64,000 nt of DNA. Source: Candidatus Latescibacterota bacterium. Lineage in GTDB: Bacteria > Latescibacterota > UBA2968. Location of the stretch: assembly GCA_965204745.1 (NCBI GenBank), contig OZ242010.1, positions 2,944,001-3,008,000 of the forward strand, given 5' to 3'. This document shows, piece by piece, positions 38,861 through 49,228 of the stretch. The notes beneath the pieces were generated by a model that worked only from the letters and a program-made list of their open reading frames with translations, searched no databases and was not told the origin of the DNA. Both the position numbers and the translations under genes were made by a program. Numbering within the stretch: position 1 is the first letter of the stretch; each line of letters begins with the position of its first letter.

Positions 38861-39924
38861 TCATTCGTCAGATCGATGACCTCGGCTTTGAGGGCACTGC
38901 GGCGGGTTTTGTAATCGGCTTCGGAGATGGCGCCCTTTTCAAACCGCTCGTCGAGGTCCGCGATTTGTTCGAGCAACGCCGTGCGCCGATTGGGAGGGGC
39001 TTTGGGAAAACGCATGTATATGACGAGGATGAGGACCACGACCGCGCTGGCCGCCGAGACCCAAATCCACAGTTGTGAATCAGACGCGACTTCGGGCGCG
39101 GAGAGGCGAATGTCGATCTGAGTGCCGCGTGCGAGTTGGTCCGCGCCATAGCTCTGAAAGGCGTTATCCCCCAGGGTTACGACTCCGCGATCTCGCAGTG
39201 CGGTTGTGGCAATGGGGGTGTCGGTGGGGCGAACGAGCAAATTCACAGCCGCAGTGGGATAGGTGACGCGCTGTATGACGCGCTTGGATGGGGGCAGTGC
39301 GAATGTGAAAAAGGTCTGGCTATTTCCGGGAATGATGGGACGCGGATCGACGAGCAAGGATCCGTGGAGGTGGACGCCTTGTGGTGCGCGGGCGATTTCG
39401 GTGACGCCATCGGGCAGGAGCATTTCCAAGCCGTGTCCGTGATCCCCGCCGGTGAGGTAGGTGCGGTCGCCGCGGTTGTGCGCGATGAGGATGTAGGTGA
39501 CCGTGCCGGCCTGAGCGTCGATGATGATGTGGTGCGAGGCCAAAGAGAGGGCGGTGTCGGAATCCGTGGTCTCAAAAACGGGAATATCGACCCTATCGCC
39601 CGCAGGTGCCGGGTTGCCCGGATAGTCGATGCCGCGGTATCGGGCGAGCAACATGGGCGGTGGATCTGCCCCCGGGTCCGGCGGAACTTCGAGCGCGAAT
39701 CGGCCCTCGGCGTCCGTGGTGTCGCGCACAACCGTGACATCCCCGGTTTCGTGGCGAATATAGGACACCTCGACATCGGGTTCCGGGCGATTCAAGGTCT
39801 GGTTGACCACGCGGCCCGTAAGCGCGAAAGCAGGCGCGCAGGTCAAAAGCGCGAGCAGTCCAATGCAAAATACAAACCGCGCAGGGTATTTGTTTGACTG
39901 CGGTTTCATGCGGATCGCGTCCAT
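38857..39924 (-). CDS. Exported membrane-anchored protein, possibly cytochrome c maturation-associated
   Basis: signal peptide, TTDAEGRF beta-sandwich, C-terminal TM and LLEQIADLD..GAISEADY helix; upstream of ccmA. Confidence 0.65.
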   Translation of the reverse strand: MDAIRMKPQSNKYPARFVFCIGLLALLTCAPAFALTGRVVNQTLNRPEPDVEVSYIRHETGDVTVVRDTTDAEGRFALEVPPDPGADPPPMLLARYRGIDYPGNPAPAGDRVDIPVFETTDSDTALSLASHHIIIDAQAGTVTYILIAHNRGDRTYLTGGDHGHGLEMLLPDGVTEIARAPQGVHLHGSLLVDPRPIIPGNSQTFFTFALPPSKRVIQRVTYPTAAVNLLVRPTDTPIATTALRDRGVVTLGDNAFQSYGADQLARGTQIDIRLSAPEVASDSQLWIWVSAASAVVVLILVIYMRFPKAPPNRRTALLEQIADLDERFEKGAISEADYKTRRSALKAEVIDLTNE

Positions 39925-40077
39925 TCTCGCTCCGTCCTCGTTAGTTGTGTTGACATTTGAGATATTTTCGTTACGCTATGTGCATGTCAAAACTCATTCG
40001 GCAAAAAGTATATGCAAGTTGTTGCGCGTTGTCAAACGCCTTTAAGCGGAATGGTTGATTTCTGCAAGGAGATCGAG

Positions 40078-40929
40078 ATGGCTGATAGCCAAAAAAAACC
40101 TGACGCAACCCATACCTTGTCTTACGAAGTGCTCAACCGCCAGAACTTTCCCGAATCTGACCGCCATTGCGAGATCGAGGTCTGTGCATCGCCCGAGGAG
40201 TTGCAACAATTGGGTTGGGACGGGTATTTGGTGCGCGAGGGCTTGTTCACGGGCGAGGCTTTGAGCGCGTTGCAAGACGCGCTAGATCGATTGGAAGCGC
40301 GGGAATCGGGCGCGTTTCGAGACAGCGGAAAGCCATCGTGGGGGCGCATTCCCCGGCATTTGATGGACAAAGACCCGGCGTTTTTGGACTTGCTGAAATT
40401 TCCACCCGCGCTGTCTGTGGCGCGGGCCATGATGGGGCCGTTGGTCAGGCTTCGGGGCCTGAGCGCGCGGATCAGCTACCCGGGCACAACGCCTCATCAG
40501 ACGCCCTGGCACCAGCATTTGCGCGTGATTTCCAAGCCCTTGCCGCCGTGGTTTTCCCGACCCCACTGCTTGGATGCCCTCATTTATCTCGATGATTTGA
40601 ATGAAGATACCGGGCCTGTGGTCGTCGTGCCGGGGTCGCACAATTGGTTGCACCGAGAACCGCCCCGAGATGCGTACGCGCCCGTCGATGGCGAGCGCGT
40701 GCTTTGCATAAAAGCCGGCGGCGCAGTGATGATGCACGGCAATCTTTGGCATCGGGGCATGCCCACGTTGCGAACAAAGCGCAGGATGCTGATCTTGAGC
40801 TACACCCCGACTTGGTTGCGGCGGTCTCCCCACGGCGGCCCGCCCCCATGTGGCGGATTGACGCAGGCGGTTTTAGAAGGGGATGACGACGAGGCGCGGA
40901 TTTTATTGGGCAAAGGCGGCTATACCTAA
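40078..40929 (+). CDS. Phytanoyl-CoA dioxygenase (PhyH) family protein
   Basis: DGYLV, WHQH, YLDD..GP..VVPGSH, LWHRG. Confidence 0.88.
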   Translation: MADSQKKPDATHTLSYEVLNRQNFPESDRHCEIEVCASPEELQQLGWDGYLVREGLFTGEALSALQDALDRLEARESGAFRDSGKPSWGRIPRHLMDKDPAFLDLLKFPPALSVARAMMGPLVRLRGLSARISYPGTTPHQTPWHQHLRVISKPLPPWFSRPHCLDALIYLDDLNEDTGPVVVVPGSHNWLHREPPRDAYAPVDGERVLCIKAGGAVMMHGNLWHRGMPTLRTKRRMLILSYTPTWLRRSPHGGPPPCGGLTQAVLEGDDDEARILLGKGGYT

Positions 40930-40948
40930 CCCTCAAAAGGAGCGACAC

Positions 40949-43138
40949 ATGAAAAACCGAGTTGCGGTTGGAAAATTGAGCGTGGATGCCGAACTCCACG
41001 CCTTGGTCAAAGGCGAAATCGCGCCCGGTACCGGCGTGGATGCCGAGGCGGTTTGGCATGCGTTAGGGGAAATCGCGAGCGACTTGGCACCGCAGAATCG
41101 GCGGTTATTGGAAAAGCGCGATGCCTTGCAGGCCGAGATCGATGCGTGGCACATTGCGCGCAAAGGGCAACCGATAGACCGCGGCGCGTACCGAGCATTT
41201 TTGCAAGACATCGGGTACTTGCTGCCCGAGGGCGATCATTTTCAAGTGCTGACGACCCGAGTCGATCCGGAAATTGCAACGCTGGCCGGCCCGCAGTTGG
41301 TCGTGCCCGTGGATAATGCGCGGTATTGCCTGAACGCGGCGAATGCGCGCTGGGGCAGTTTGTACGACGCGCTGTATGGAACAGACGTGATTTCCGAGGC
41401 TGGCGGCGCGGAAAGGGGCGCGGCGTACAATCCCGTGCGCGGCGAAAAAGTGATCGCCGCCGCGAATGAATTTTTGGATGCCACCGTGCCGTTGTACAAG
41501 GGGTCGTATGCCGAGGTCACGGCCTTTGCCCTCCGCGAATCGGGCGGGCGCAAGGGACTCGTCGCACAGGTGGATGGACGAGAGGTGGGCTTGGCAGAGC
41601 CAGCGCAATTCGTGGGCTATGCAGAACGCGATGGGCACTTGTCCACCGCGTTGTTGGCACACCATGGATTGCACGTCGAAATCCAGATCGATCCCGCGCA
41701 TCCCATTGGCAAAGCGCATCCGGCCGGCGTCAAAGACGTGGTGCTAGAGGCTGCCCTCACCGCGATTCAGGACTGCGAGGATTCCGTGGCCGCTGTGGAT
41801 GCCGCAGACAAGGTGCGCGTGTACCGCAACTGGTGCGGCCTGATGAAAGGCACGTTGGAGACGACCTTTGAAAAAAACGGCCAGCGCGTCAATCGCAAAC
41901 TGAAGCCGGACAGAACGTACACCCGGCCAGATGGCGGCGCGTTGACCTTGCCGGGGCGCAGCACCCTGCTGATTCGCAACGTGGGCATTCACCTCTATAC
42001 CGATGCGGTGACGACTGCCGGCGGCGAGGCGATTCCCGAAGGATTTTTGGACGCGATGATCACCGCGCTGGCCGCCATGCACGACTTGAAGAACGATGGC
42101 CCGTTTCAAAACAGCCGGGCGGGTAGCGTGTACATCGTAAAGCCCAAGTTGCACGGGCCTGAAGAAGTGGCGGCCACCGTGACCCTGTTTGCCCGCATAG
42201 AAGACGCGCTAGGCCTGGCGCGCAACACCCTGAAAATCGGGATTATGGATGAAGAACGGCGCACCACCGTCAATTTGAAACGCGCCTTGTGGGAAGCGCG
42301 GGACCGCGTCATTTTCATCAATACGGGATTTTTGGACCGCACGGGAGACGAGATTCACACGAGCATGGAAGCCGGCGCCATGGTGCCCAAGAATGAGATT
42401 AAGGCGCGACCCTGGTTGGCGGCGTATGAAGATTGGAATGTGGATGTGGGCATTGAGACCGGGTTGATCGGCAAAGGGCAAATTGGCAAAGGCATGTGGG
42501 CGATGCCCGACGCCATGCGGGAGATGGCGGAAACCAAGATGAATCACCCCGAGGCCGGCGCGACGACTGCGTGGGTGCCCTCGCCAACCGCGGCTACCCT
42601 ACACGCGATGCACTATCACCAGGTCGATGTCTCCGCACGACAACGAGAACTCGCAACCCGAGCACGCGCCAGCTTGGATGCGATTTTGACCCCGCCCTTG
42701 CTGGATCGCGATCTGACGGATGGGGAAATCGCACGCGAATTGGACAACAACGCGCAAGGCATTTTGGGCTATGTGGTGCGCTGGATCGATCAGGGCATTG
42801 GCTGCTCCAAAGTGCCCGACATCCACGACGTCGGCCTGATGGAAGACCGCGCGACCCTGCGTATCTCCAGCCAGCACATCGCCAACTGGTTGCACCACGG
42901 CATTGTGAGCGCAGAGCGCGTCCGCGCGACCTTTGAGAAAATGGCCGCGGTTGTGGATCGCCAAAATGCAGGCGATGCCGCCTATCGCAACATGGCGCCA
43001 AATTTTGATCAGAGCATCGCGTTTCAAGCCGCGCTCGACCTCGTTTTCAAAGGCCGCACAGTCGAAAATGGATATACCGAACCGGTCTTGCATGCGCGCA
43101 GGCGAGAGGTGAAAGGCAGTGGTCAGCAAAAGGCGTGA
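40949..43138 (+). CDS. glcB: Malate synthase G
   Basis: [58 protein letters not shown]. Confidence 0.97.
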   Translation: MKNRVAVGKLSVDAELHALVKGEIAPGTGVDAEAVWHALGEIASDLAPQNRRLLEKRDALQAEIDAWHIARKGQPIDRGAYRAFLQDIGYLLPEGDHFQVLTTRVDPEIATLAGPQLVVPVDNARYCLNAANARWGSLYDALYGTDVISEAGGAERGAAYNPVRGEKVIAAANEFLDATVPLYKGSYAEVTAFALRESGGRKGLVAQVDGREVGLAEPAQFVGYAERDGHLSTALLAHHGLHVEIQIDPAHPIGKAHPAGVKDVVLEAALTAIQDCEDSVAAVDAADKVRVYRNWCGLMKGTLETTFEKNGQRVNRKLKPDRTYTRPDGGALTLPGRSTLLIRNVGIHLYTDAVTTAGGEAIPEGFLDAMITALAAMHDLKNDGPFQNSRAGSVYIVKPKLHGPEEVAATVTLFARIEDALGLARNTLKIGIMDEERRTTVNLKRALWEARDRVIFINTGFLDRTGDEIHTSMEAGAMVPKNEIKARPWLAAYEDWNVDVGIETGLIGKGQIGKGMWAMPDAMREMAETKMNHPEAGATTAWVPSPTAATLHAMHYHQVDVSARQRELATRARASLDAILTPPLLDRDLTDGEIARELDNNAQGILGYVVRWIDQGIGCSKVPDIHDVGLMEDRATLRISSQHIANWLHHGIVSAERVRATFEKMAAVVDRQNAGDAAYRNMAPNFDQSIAFQAALDLVFKGRTVENGYTEPVLHARRREVKGSGQQKA

Positions 43139-43240
43139 GAGGCAAGAGGCGTGAGAGGCAAAAGGCGTGAGAGGCAAAAGGCGTGAGAGGCAAAAGGCGT
43201 GAGAGGCAAAAGGCGTGAGAGGCAAGAGGGGAGAGGTAAG
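43128..43240. repeat. (AAAGGCGTGAGAGGC)n 15-mer array, about 6.5 copies
   Basis: tandem repeat containing the glcB stop codon. Confidence 0.93.
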
Positions 43241-43249
43241 AGTCTCCTT

Positions 43250-44101
43250 TTACCCATACCGTCCGATATTCGCTTCGTCGTAGTACTTGTTCACATTTGG
43301 CACTGCGCGCATGCCGTGCCAGACGCCGCGGAACAGGGTTTGTCGCTTGGGGGGTAGGGTCGCGATCACCTCGGGCGATGGGCAACCTTTGCCCCATTTT
43401 GCGTTCACGGTGTTGTAGCAGGTGAACAAACTCAGCCTATCCCGATCCTCATTCACCCATTGCGTGCCGGTGTGGCACAGGGCTTCGGTGAAAATCACTG
43501 CGGATCCCGCTGGGCAGGAGTACGTTTCCCACAAATCGCTCTCGCGGCCACTCAGGGTTTCGGGCCGGGGAAATGCCGCCTTGTGGCTACCGGACAAGAA
43601 CATCGTGCCGCCATCGCCTTCTCGCACCTCGTTCAACTCCCAGACCACGCGAATCAGTCCCGCGTGAATTTTCCCCGGTTGCATCTGGTAAATGTGCGAG
43701 TTGCCGCAAAAGTTGAAGAAGCCGCCTCCGCCGTGGGGCCGAAAATTGTCGTGCCCGGCCTGACGATGGCTCGTGTACGTGTGGTCGAACCGAAACCCAT
43801 AGCAGTCTTCGGTTGCCAATGCCTGATTCGAGATGATCTCGTTCAACACGCCCACCACTGTCGGGTGGTCCAAAAGGATTTGGGACGCGCCACCGTGATT
43901 GTCGCGCTCATTCGGCGGCAGGGCGTCGCGTGCGTGCAAAAACTTCAACTGGTGTTCGCGCACGGGTTCGAGTTCGGCCTCGGTCAACAAGCCGGGCAAA
44001 CAGATCCACCCCTTCAGGTCGAACGCGTACTTCTGCTCTTCAGACATCGGCACAACGGGCAAGCCGTCGGCATTGGTCGTCGGCAACAGGGTTCTGGACA
44101 T
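43250..44101 (-). CDS. Phytanoyl-CoA dioxygenase (PhyH) family protein
   Basis: KYAFDLKGW, PHGG, GGT.F..GSHK, FTEALCH. Confidence 0.85.
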   Translation of the reverse strand: MSRTLLPTTNADGLPVVPMSEEQKYAFDLKGWICLPGLLTEAELEPVREHQLKFLHARDALPPNERDNHGGASQILLDHPTVVGVLNEIISNQALATEDCYGFRFDHTYTSHRQAGHDNFRPHGGGGFFNFCGNSHIYQMQPGKIHAGLIRVVWELNEVREGDGGTMFLSGSHKAAFPRPETLSGRESDLWETYSCPAGSAVIFTEALCHTGTQWVNEDRDRLSLFTCYNTVNAKWGKGCPSPEVIATLPPKRQTLFRGVWHGMRAVPNVNKYYDEANIGRYG

Positions 44102-44196
44102 GAAATCCTCCTTTGGAAAAGTTCATCCTTGAAAAACGCGCCTGATGGACTATTTTATGGGAAATGTCGCGCCACAACCATCGAGAGATCATCATC

Positions 44197-44550
44197 ATGG
44201 AAATCACAATGGAAATTCCCGACGATCTGGCCGTGCGTTTGCAGAGTCGCCAAGATCAGTTGCCGCAAATCATCGAACTCGGCCTTCGCAAATTGGATGC
44301 AACAACGCCAGCCGCGTTTGAAGATGTCTCGGAGATATTGGAAACGCTGGCCGCTTTTCCCTCTGCTACGGAAATCATCGCTCTCCGTCCATCAGACGAA
44401 TTGCAAAAACGGATTGACGCGCTAATCAAAAAAAACCGTGCAGAGGGATTGCAACCCGAAGAAGAAAGAGAATGGACGCATTATGAATACCTCGAGCACA
44501 TCGTTCGGTTAGCCAAAGCAAACGCGGCCTTAAAGCTAAAAACAAAATGA
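44197..44550 (+). CDS. Hypothetical antitoxin-like protein paired with HNH gene
   Basis: ITMEIPDDLA N-terminus, EIIALRPS..Q.RI..L..KN..LEHIVRLAK. Confidence 0.7.
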   Translation: MEITMEIPDDLAVRLQSRQDQLPQIIELGLRKLDATTPAAFEDVSEILETLAAFPSATEIIALRPSDELQKRIDALIKKNRAEGLQPEEEREWTHYEYLEHIVRLAKANAALKLKTK

Positions 44551-44950
44551 ATCCATCCTATATTCCCCTCAACCTGCGTAGCCGCAACGCGCTCGAGAAC
44601 TGTGCGAATACTGTCTTATCCCACAATCATTTTCATTTGCCACACACGAAATCGATCACATCATTGCCCAAAAACACGGCGGGCAAACGGTCTTGGACAA
44701 CCTCGCGCTCTCGTGTTCACTCTGTAACAAGTACAAGGGAAGCGACATAGCATCCATCGATCCACAAACGGGGCGCATCACGCCATTGTTCGATCCTCGC
44801 CGAGATGTTTGGGACGATCATTTTGAAGTGCAGGAAACAGGACACATTCACCCACTCACGCCAAAAGGTCGGGCGACGGCGCGCCTGCTCCAATTCAATC
44901 GATCCCCTCGCATTGCAGAACGGAGACTCCGCATTCTTTTGCGTAATTGA
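44547..44950 (+). pseudogene. HNH endonuclease, frameshifted
   Basis: CEYC..HEIDHII..KHGG..NLALSC..CN..KG..LFDPRRD.W lies in a different frame from the ATG; break near 44580-44590. Confidence 0.8.
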
Positions 44951-44952
44951 CA

Positions 44953-45948
44953 TTATCCCGCCATCTCCACTAATTCCTTCCACTGATCCGCATCCACCAA
45001 TACGCCTTTTTGCAAGCTCTCGCGTCGAATCCTCAGCATGCCCTCGCCGGGATAGCGCGCGGATTCGTGGACGGCATGCACGTCATCCACCACGCCATTG
45101 ACAACGCGCTCGCGCATCTCTTGCCCGATGAGCGAGGTCACGTCAATCGCGATATAGGTCTGCGATACGGCGTATTCATCGCCTTGCGCGCCAATGTCGT
45201 GCGTGGCCTGACCCCCGGATAGCAGCGCGGCCAACACATCGAGCACTATCGCCAGGGCCGAGCCTTTCCAGTACCCAATGGGCAGGGCGCGTTTGGAATC
45301 GAGAATCGCGCCGGGGTCACACGTCAAATTGCCCGCGGCATCGAATCCCCCGGCGATGGGCAGGGACTCGCCGCGCGCTTGCAACACCTCCAACTTGCCA
45401 TTGGAATACTGGCTCATCGCCATGTCCAACAAGATATGCCCATCTTGTCGCGGGATGGCGATAGTCATCGGGTTGTTGCCAACGCGCTTCTCGGTCGCGC
45501 CCCACGGCGGCATCAACGGGGTCGTGTTGGTCCAGCACATCCCAATACATCCCGCATCAGCGGCTTGCAAACCATAAGCCCCTGCGCGCATCCAGTGATT
45601 CGTGTTTCGCAACCCCACGCATCCCATGCCATTTTCCCTCGCAATCTCAATGGCGCGGCCCATTGCAAAATGCGCGTTCACCAGCCCGACCCCCATTTTG
45701 CCATCCCATTGCTCCACCACGCCCAACGCCTTCACGCGCACGGGCGCGGCCCGGCCATCCAATTTCCCTGCGCGCAATTTTGCCACCAAGCCGGGGAATC
45801 GGTTCAACCCGTGGGAATACACGCCATCGCGCTGGTTCTCGGCAAACAATCGCCCGCACAATTCCGCACGCGCTTCGGACAATCCCGCGTTCACCAGTGT
45901 GCGAGAAAATGTGTTTTTTAACTCATCAAAAGGAACTCGTTTTTGCAT
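44953..45948 (-). CDS. dlgD: 3-dehydro-L-gulonate 2-dehydrogenase (Ldh_2 family)
   Basis: DGVYSHGLNRF, NTNHWMRAG, DMAMSQYS, GYWKGS, RYPGE. Confidence 0.88.
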   Translation of the reverse strand: MQKRVPFDELKNTFSRTLVNAGLSEARAELCGRLFAENQRDGVYSHGLNRFPGLVAKLRAGKLDGRAAPVRVKALGVVEQWDGKMGVGLVNAHFAMGRAIEIARENGMGCVGLRNTNHWMRAGAYGLQAADAGCIGMCWTNTTPLMPPWGATEKRVGNNPMTIAIPRQDGHILLDMAMSQYSNGKLEVLQARGESLPIAGGFDAAGNLTCDPGAILDSKRALPIGYWKGSALAIVLDVLAALLSGGQATHDIGAQGDEYAVSQTYIAIDVTSLIGQEMRERVVNGVVDDVHAVHESARYPGEGMLRIRRESLQKGVLVDADQWKELVEMAG

Positions 45949-46093
45949 GAAAACCCTCCCTTCCGCTTGAGAAAATGGCTGACGTAGTGAATGCGAAGTC
46001 CATAACCCATCGGAAAAAATTAAGGCGTCTATGCGCGCTCGGAATGAATCCGAGTTCATGGACGCCTCGTGCTCGCTTTACCTATGAAAAAAA

Positions 46094-46169
46094 TGGAGCG
46101 GGAAACGGGACTCGAACCCGCGACATCAAGCTTGGGAAGCTTGCACTCTACCAACTGAGTTATTCCCGC
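46094..46169 (-). tRNA. tRNA-Gly (CCC)
   Basis: GCGGGAATAACTCAGTTGGTAGAG..CAAGC-TTCCCAA-GCTTG..GGTTCGAGTCCC..CCGCTCCA, 76 nt. Confidence 0.97.
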
Positions 46170-46185
46170 TCCGCAATGGGGAGCC

Positions 46186-46214
46186 AATTTACACTTGTGG
46201 TTCTGTGGTGTCAA
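46186..46214 (-). promoter_or_regulatory. Sigma-70 promoter for tRNA-Gly
   Basis: TTGACA-N17-TAAATT. Confidence 0.65.
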
Positions 46215-47119
46215 GATTTTTTCAGGTGGTGCAAAATGGCATCTGCCGCGCCATGGGCATCCACCCAAGCAATGCGTTTGTCTTTGCGAAAAAAGGTCAT
46301 CTGCCGCTTGGCGTATCGCCGCGTGGCCCGTTGTGCCTCGGCGATGGCGCGGTCGAGCGCGATCTCGTCATCGAGATGGCGAAACGCCTCGCGGTAGCCA
46401 AAGGTTTTGAGCGCGTTGCGATCCGAGGCGTAACCCATGGCGCGGAGGCGGCGCGCTTCTTCGATCAAGCCCCGTGCGAACATCTGACGGGTGCGCGCGT
46501 CGATCCGCTCGTAGAGCACTTCGCGCGCCCAGCACAAGGCAAAACGCGACGCGGTGTAGCGAATCCGCGGCGGCACTTCTTGGTGCGCGGAGAGGGGCTT
46601 GCCCGATGCCTCATACACTTCTAGGCCGCGCACGATGCGCTGCGTATCGGTCGCCTGAATTTTTGATGCCCATTTCGGATCGACCACCCGCAACTTTTCG
46701 TACAAGTTGGAAAGCCCAGCTCGCGCTTCTGCTCGCAAGCGCGTGCGAATCTCGGCGGGAATGTCCGGCATGGGTGAAAAGCCATCGCACAATGCGCGGA
46801 TGTACAAGCCCGCGCCGCCGACCACGAGGGGTATCTTGCCGCGGCTTAAAACATCCCCAATCACTGCGGCGGCGTCTTCGGCGAATTGCCCCGCGCTGTA
46901 GCCCGCGGCTGGATCGACAAAGTCGATCAGGTGATGGCGCGCGGCGGCCCGTTCTTCAAGGGTCGGCTTTGCCGTGCCGATGTCCATCATGCGATAGATT
47001 TGGCGCGCATCTGCCGAGATGATTTCGCCATTTAATTGCCGAGCCAGTTCAATGCCCACGGCGGTTTTGCCAGATGCGGTGGGCCCGGCGAGGACGAGGA
47101 GGTGCGGGAGAGAGGCCAT
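46211..47119 (-). CDS. miaA: tRNA dimethylallyltransferase
   Basis: GPTASGKT, DARQIY..DIGTAKP, TRRYAKRQ; downstream of mutL. Confidence 0.96.
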   Translation of the reverse strand: MASLPHLLVLAGPTASGKTAVGIELARQLNGEIISADARQIYRMMDIGTAKPTLEERAAARHHLIDFVDPAAGYSAGQFAEDAAAVIGDVLSRGKIPLVVGGAGLYIRALCDGFSPMPDIPAEIRTRLRAEARAGLSNLYEKLRVVDPKWASKIQATDTQRIVRGLEVYEASGKPLSAHQEVPPRIRYTASRFALCWAREVLYERIDARTRQMFARGLIEEARRLRAMGYASDRNALKTFGYREAFRHLDDEIALDRAIAEAQRATRRYAKRQMTFFRKDKRIAWVDAHGAADAILHHLKKS

Positions 47120-47120
47120 G

Positions 47121-48905
47121 TTATCGCCTAAACCGATTGTCGATTTCGTCCAGGCCGATCTTGATCAGCGTTGGGCGGCCGTAAGGGCCGATGAAGGGTT
47201 CGCGCGTTGCGAATAATTGATCGATGAGGGCGCGCATTTCTTCGGTGGCTAAGCCCTCGCCCGTGCGGATGGACGTGTGCCACGCATAAGACGACGCCAA
47301 GCGGTGTTCTTGCGGCGCGATCTGCCGATCCTGCCCCGGTGGCGGCACGGCGGTCGCCTGTTCGGCTTCGGCCATATCCCGAATCATATCGCGCAAAAGT
47401 TGCCCGTCTTGCCACGCCTGCAACCCAATGGGAATCGCATCGACAACGACCGTATTGCCGCCAAAATCCCGGATGCCGAAGCCCATTTTCTCCAAAAGCG
47501 GCATGGCCTCGCGCACGAGATGAATTTCTTTGACCCCAAAGGCGAGGGTCAGCGGAAACAACATCCGCTGGCTCGTTGCGGGCCGGGCGTGCATATTTTC
47601 TATGGCGCGCTCGTACAAAATCCGCTGGTGGGCAACCTGCTGGTCAATCGCGATCAGCCCGTTTTTGATGTGCGCCAAAATGTACTTGCTGTGCAACTGC
47701 CACACGGAAACCCGCGCCATGTCCTCTTCGGCAACCGCCTCGACATCGTCGTGCGCGGCCCCTGCCCCACCTTGCGACGCGCGCACGGTGAGGGGCAATG
47801 CCATCTGCGGTTCGCCGCCCACTTTGGGCTGATAGGCCAGGGGATTTTCCGCGACGCTCACTTGCGTGCCTTCGGGCATTGCGGCAACCGCCTCGTCGTT
47901 CAATTCGGGAATCAGGTCTTCGCCGCGCAATGCTTGTTGCACGGCGCGGGTGATGGTGGCGTAAATCAACCGCTCATCGGCAAAGCGAACCTCGCGCTTG
48001 GACGGATGCACATTGACATCCACGCGGCCGGGATCGATGCTCAAGCAGAGGCAATACGACGGCGCCAGCCCTTTGGGCAACAACCCGCCATACCCTTCGT
48101 ACACCGCATGGGCAATGGCTTTGTGCTGCACCCATCGGTGGTTGACGATCAAGACCTGCTGCGCGCCGGATTTTCGCGCGGTCTCGGGTTTGCCGACAAA
48201 GCCGCGCACCGCAATCCCGCTCGCACTGCTTTCAACGCCAATGGCGTCTTTGCCATAGCGCACGCCGAATACGCGCTCGGCTCTGCGCGCAAAGCCGGCC
48301 CTGGGCAGTTGCAACACAGGGCGTCCATTGTGCTTGAGGTCAAACCCGATCTCCGGATAGGCCATCGCCATCGCGGTGACCGCGTTCACAATGTGCCGAA
48401 ATTCCGTATCCACGCCCTTGAGAAATTTTCGCCTGGCGGGCACGTTAAAAAATAGCCCGTGCAAGGTGATGGTCGTGCCCGGCCCGCGCCCAATCGCAGA
48501 CACATCCCGCACGCGCCCGCCCACCACATCTACGCGCGTTCCTTCGATAGCTTCTGCCACCCGCGTTTCGAGGGTCAGCCGCGACACCGCGGCAATGCTG
48601 GGCAGGGCCTCGCCCCGAAAGCCGTGCGTGAGCAACCCTTTCAGGTCATCCAAATTTTGGATTTTGCTCGTCGCATGGCGCTCGAGTGCCAAAAGCGCGT
48701 CGTCGCGCGACATCCCGCCCCCGTTGTCGCTGACGCGCAGGCTTTCCTTGCCGCCGGCGGTGATTTCGATGAGAATGCGGTCCGAGCCCGCGTCCACCGA
48801 ATTTTCGATCAATTCTTTTGCGACAGATGCCGGGCGTTCCACGACTTCGCCGGCAGCGATGCGGTTGGCAATGTCCTCTGGGAGAATGTGAATTTTGTTG
48901 GGCAT
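47121..48905 (-). CDS. mutL: DNA mismatch repair protein MutL
   Basis: IAAGEVVERP, GFRGEAL, DVNVHPSKREV. Confidence 0.97.
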   Translation of the reverse strand: MPNKIHILPEDIANRIAAGEVVERPASVAKELIENSVDAGSDRILIEITAGGKESLRVSDNGGGMSRDDALLALERHATSKIQNLDDLKGLLTHGFRGEALPSIAAVSRLTLETRVAEAIEGTRVDVVGGRVRDVSAIGRGPGTTITLHGLFFNVPARRKFLKGVDTEFRHIVNAVTAMAMAYPEIGFDLKHNGRPVLQLPRAGFARRAERVFGVRYGKDAIGVESSASGIAVRGFVGKPETARKSGAQQVLIVNHRWVQHKAIAHAVYEGYGGLLPKGLAPSYCLCLSIDPGRVDVNVHPSKREVRFADERLIYATITRAVQQALRGEDLIPELNDEAVAAMPEGTQVSVAENPLAYQPKVGGEPQMALPLTVRASQGGAGAAHDDVEAVAEEDMARVSVWQLHSKYILAHIKNGLIAIDQQVAHQRILYERAIENMHARPATSQRMLFPLTLAFGVKEIHLVREAMPLLEKMGFGIRDFGGNTVVVDAIPIGLQAWQDGQLLRDMIRDMAEAEQATAVPPPGQDRQIAPQEHRLASSYAWHTSIRTGEGLATEEMRALIDQLFATREPFIGPYGRPTLIKIGLDEIDNRFRR

Positions 48906-48926
48906 GGCGTTCTCCAGCAGAAAAAC

Positions 48927-49036
48927 AAAAAACGCCTAACCCGCCGGGCGCCGAATAATTATTGTCGAAGTCCCGGTGTATAACAGCGGAAAACTTCCTG
49001 CGGGGCCACCCTTATGCAGATTCAAGGCGTTTTTTT
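48927..49036 (-). ncRNA. Candidate structured RNA in the mutL leader
   Basis: closing stem CGCCU..AAUCUGC/GCGGGUU..AGGCG with G-U pairs only on the minus strand; internal hairpins. Confidence 0.3.
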
Positions 49037-49121
49037 GTGAAGCATGCGCTTCGGTGAATAATATAGCACTTTTGCGCGGTTTGAGCAAGGATTACGTTCA
49101 AACTCGCCCTTGTACCAAAGG

Positions 49122-49150
49122 TTGACAAATGGCGATGGGTATTCTATCTT
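49122..49150 (+). promoter_or_regulatory. Sigma-70 promoter for nadB
   Basis: TTGACA-N17-TATCTT. Confidence 0.55.
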
Positions 49151-49228
49151 TTTTGATTGAAGTTTGATCTTGTTGCCGCGTATCGAAGCAGTCAATACGC
49201 GGTGTTTTAGACCACGAGGCAGAGAGCC

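Noticed and set aside
46094-46169. tRNA-Gly as island attachment site
   Set aside because: No duplicate of its 3' end and no integrase seen in the window.
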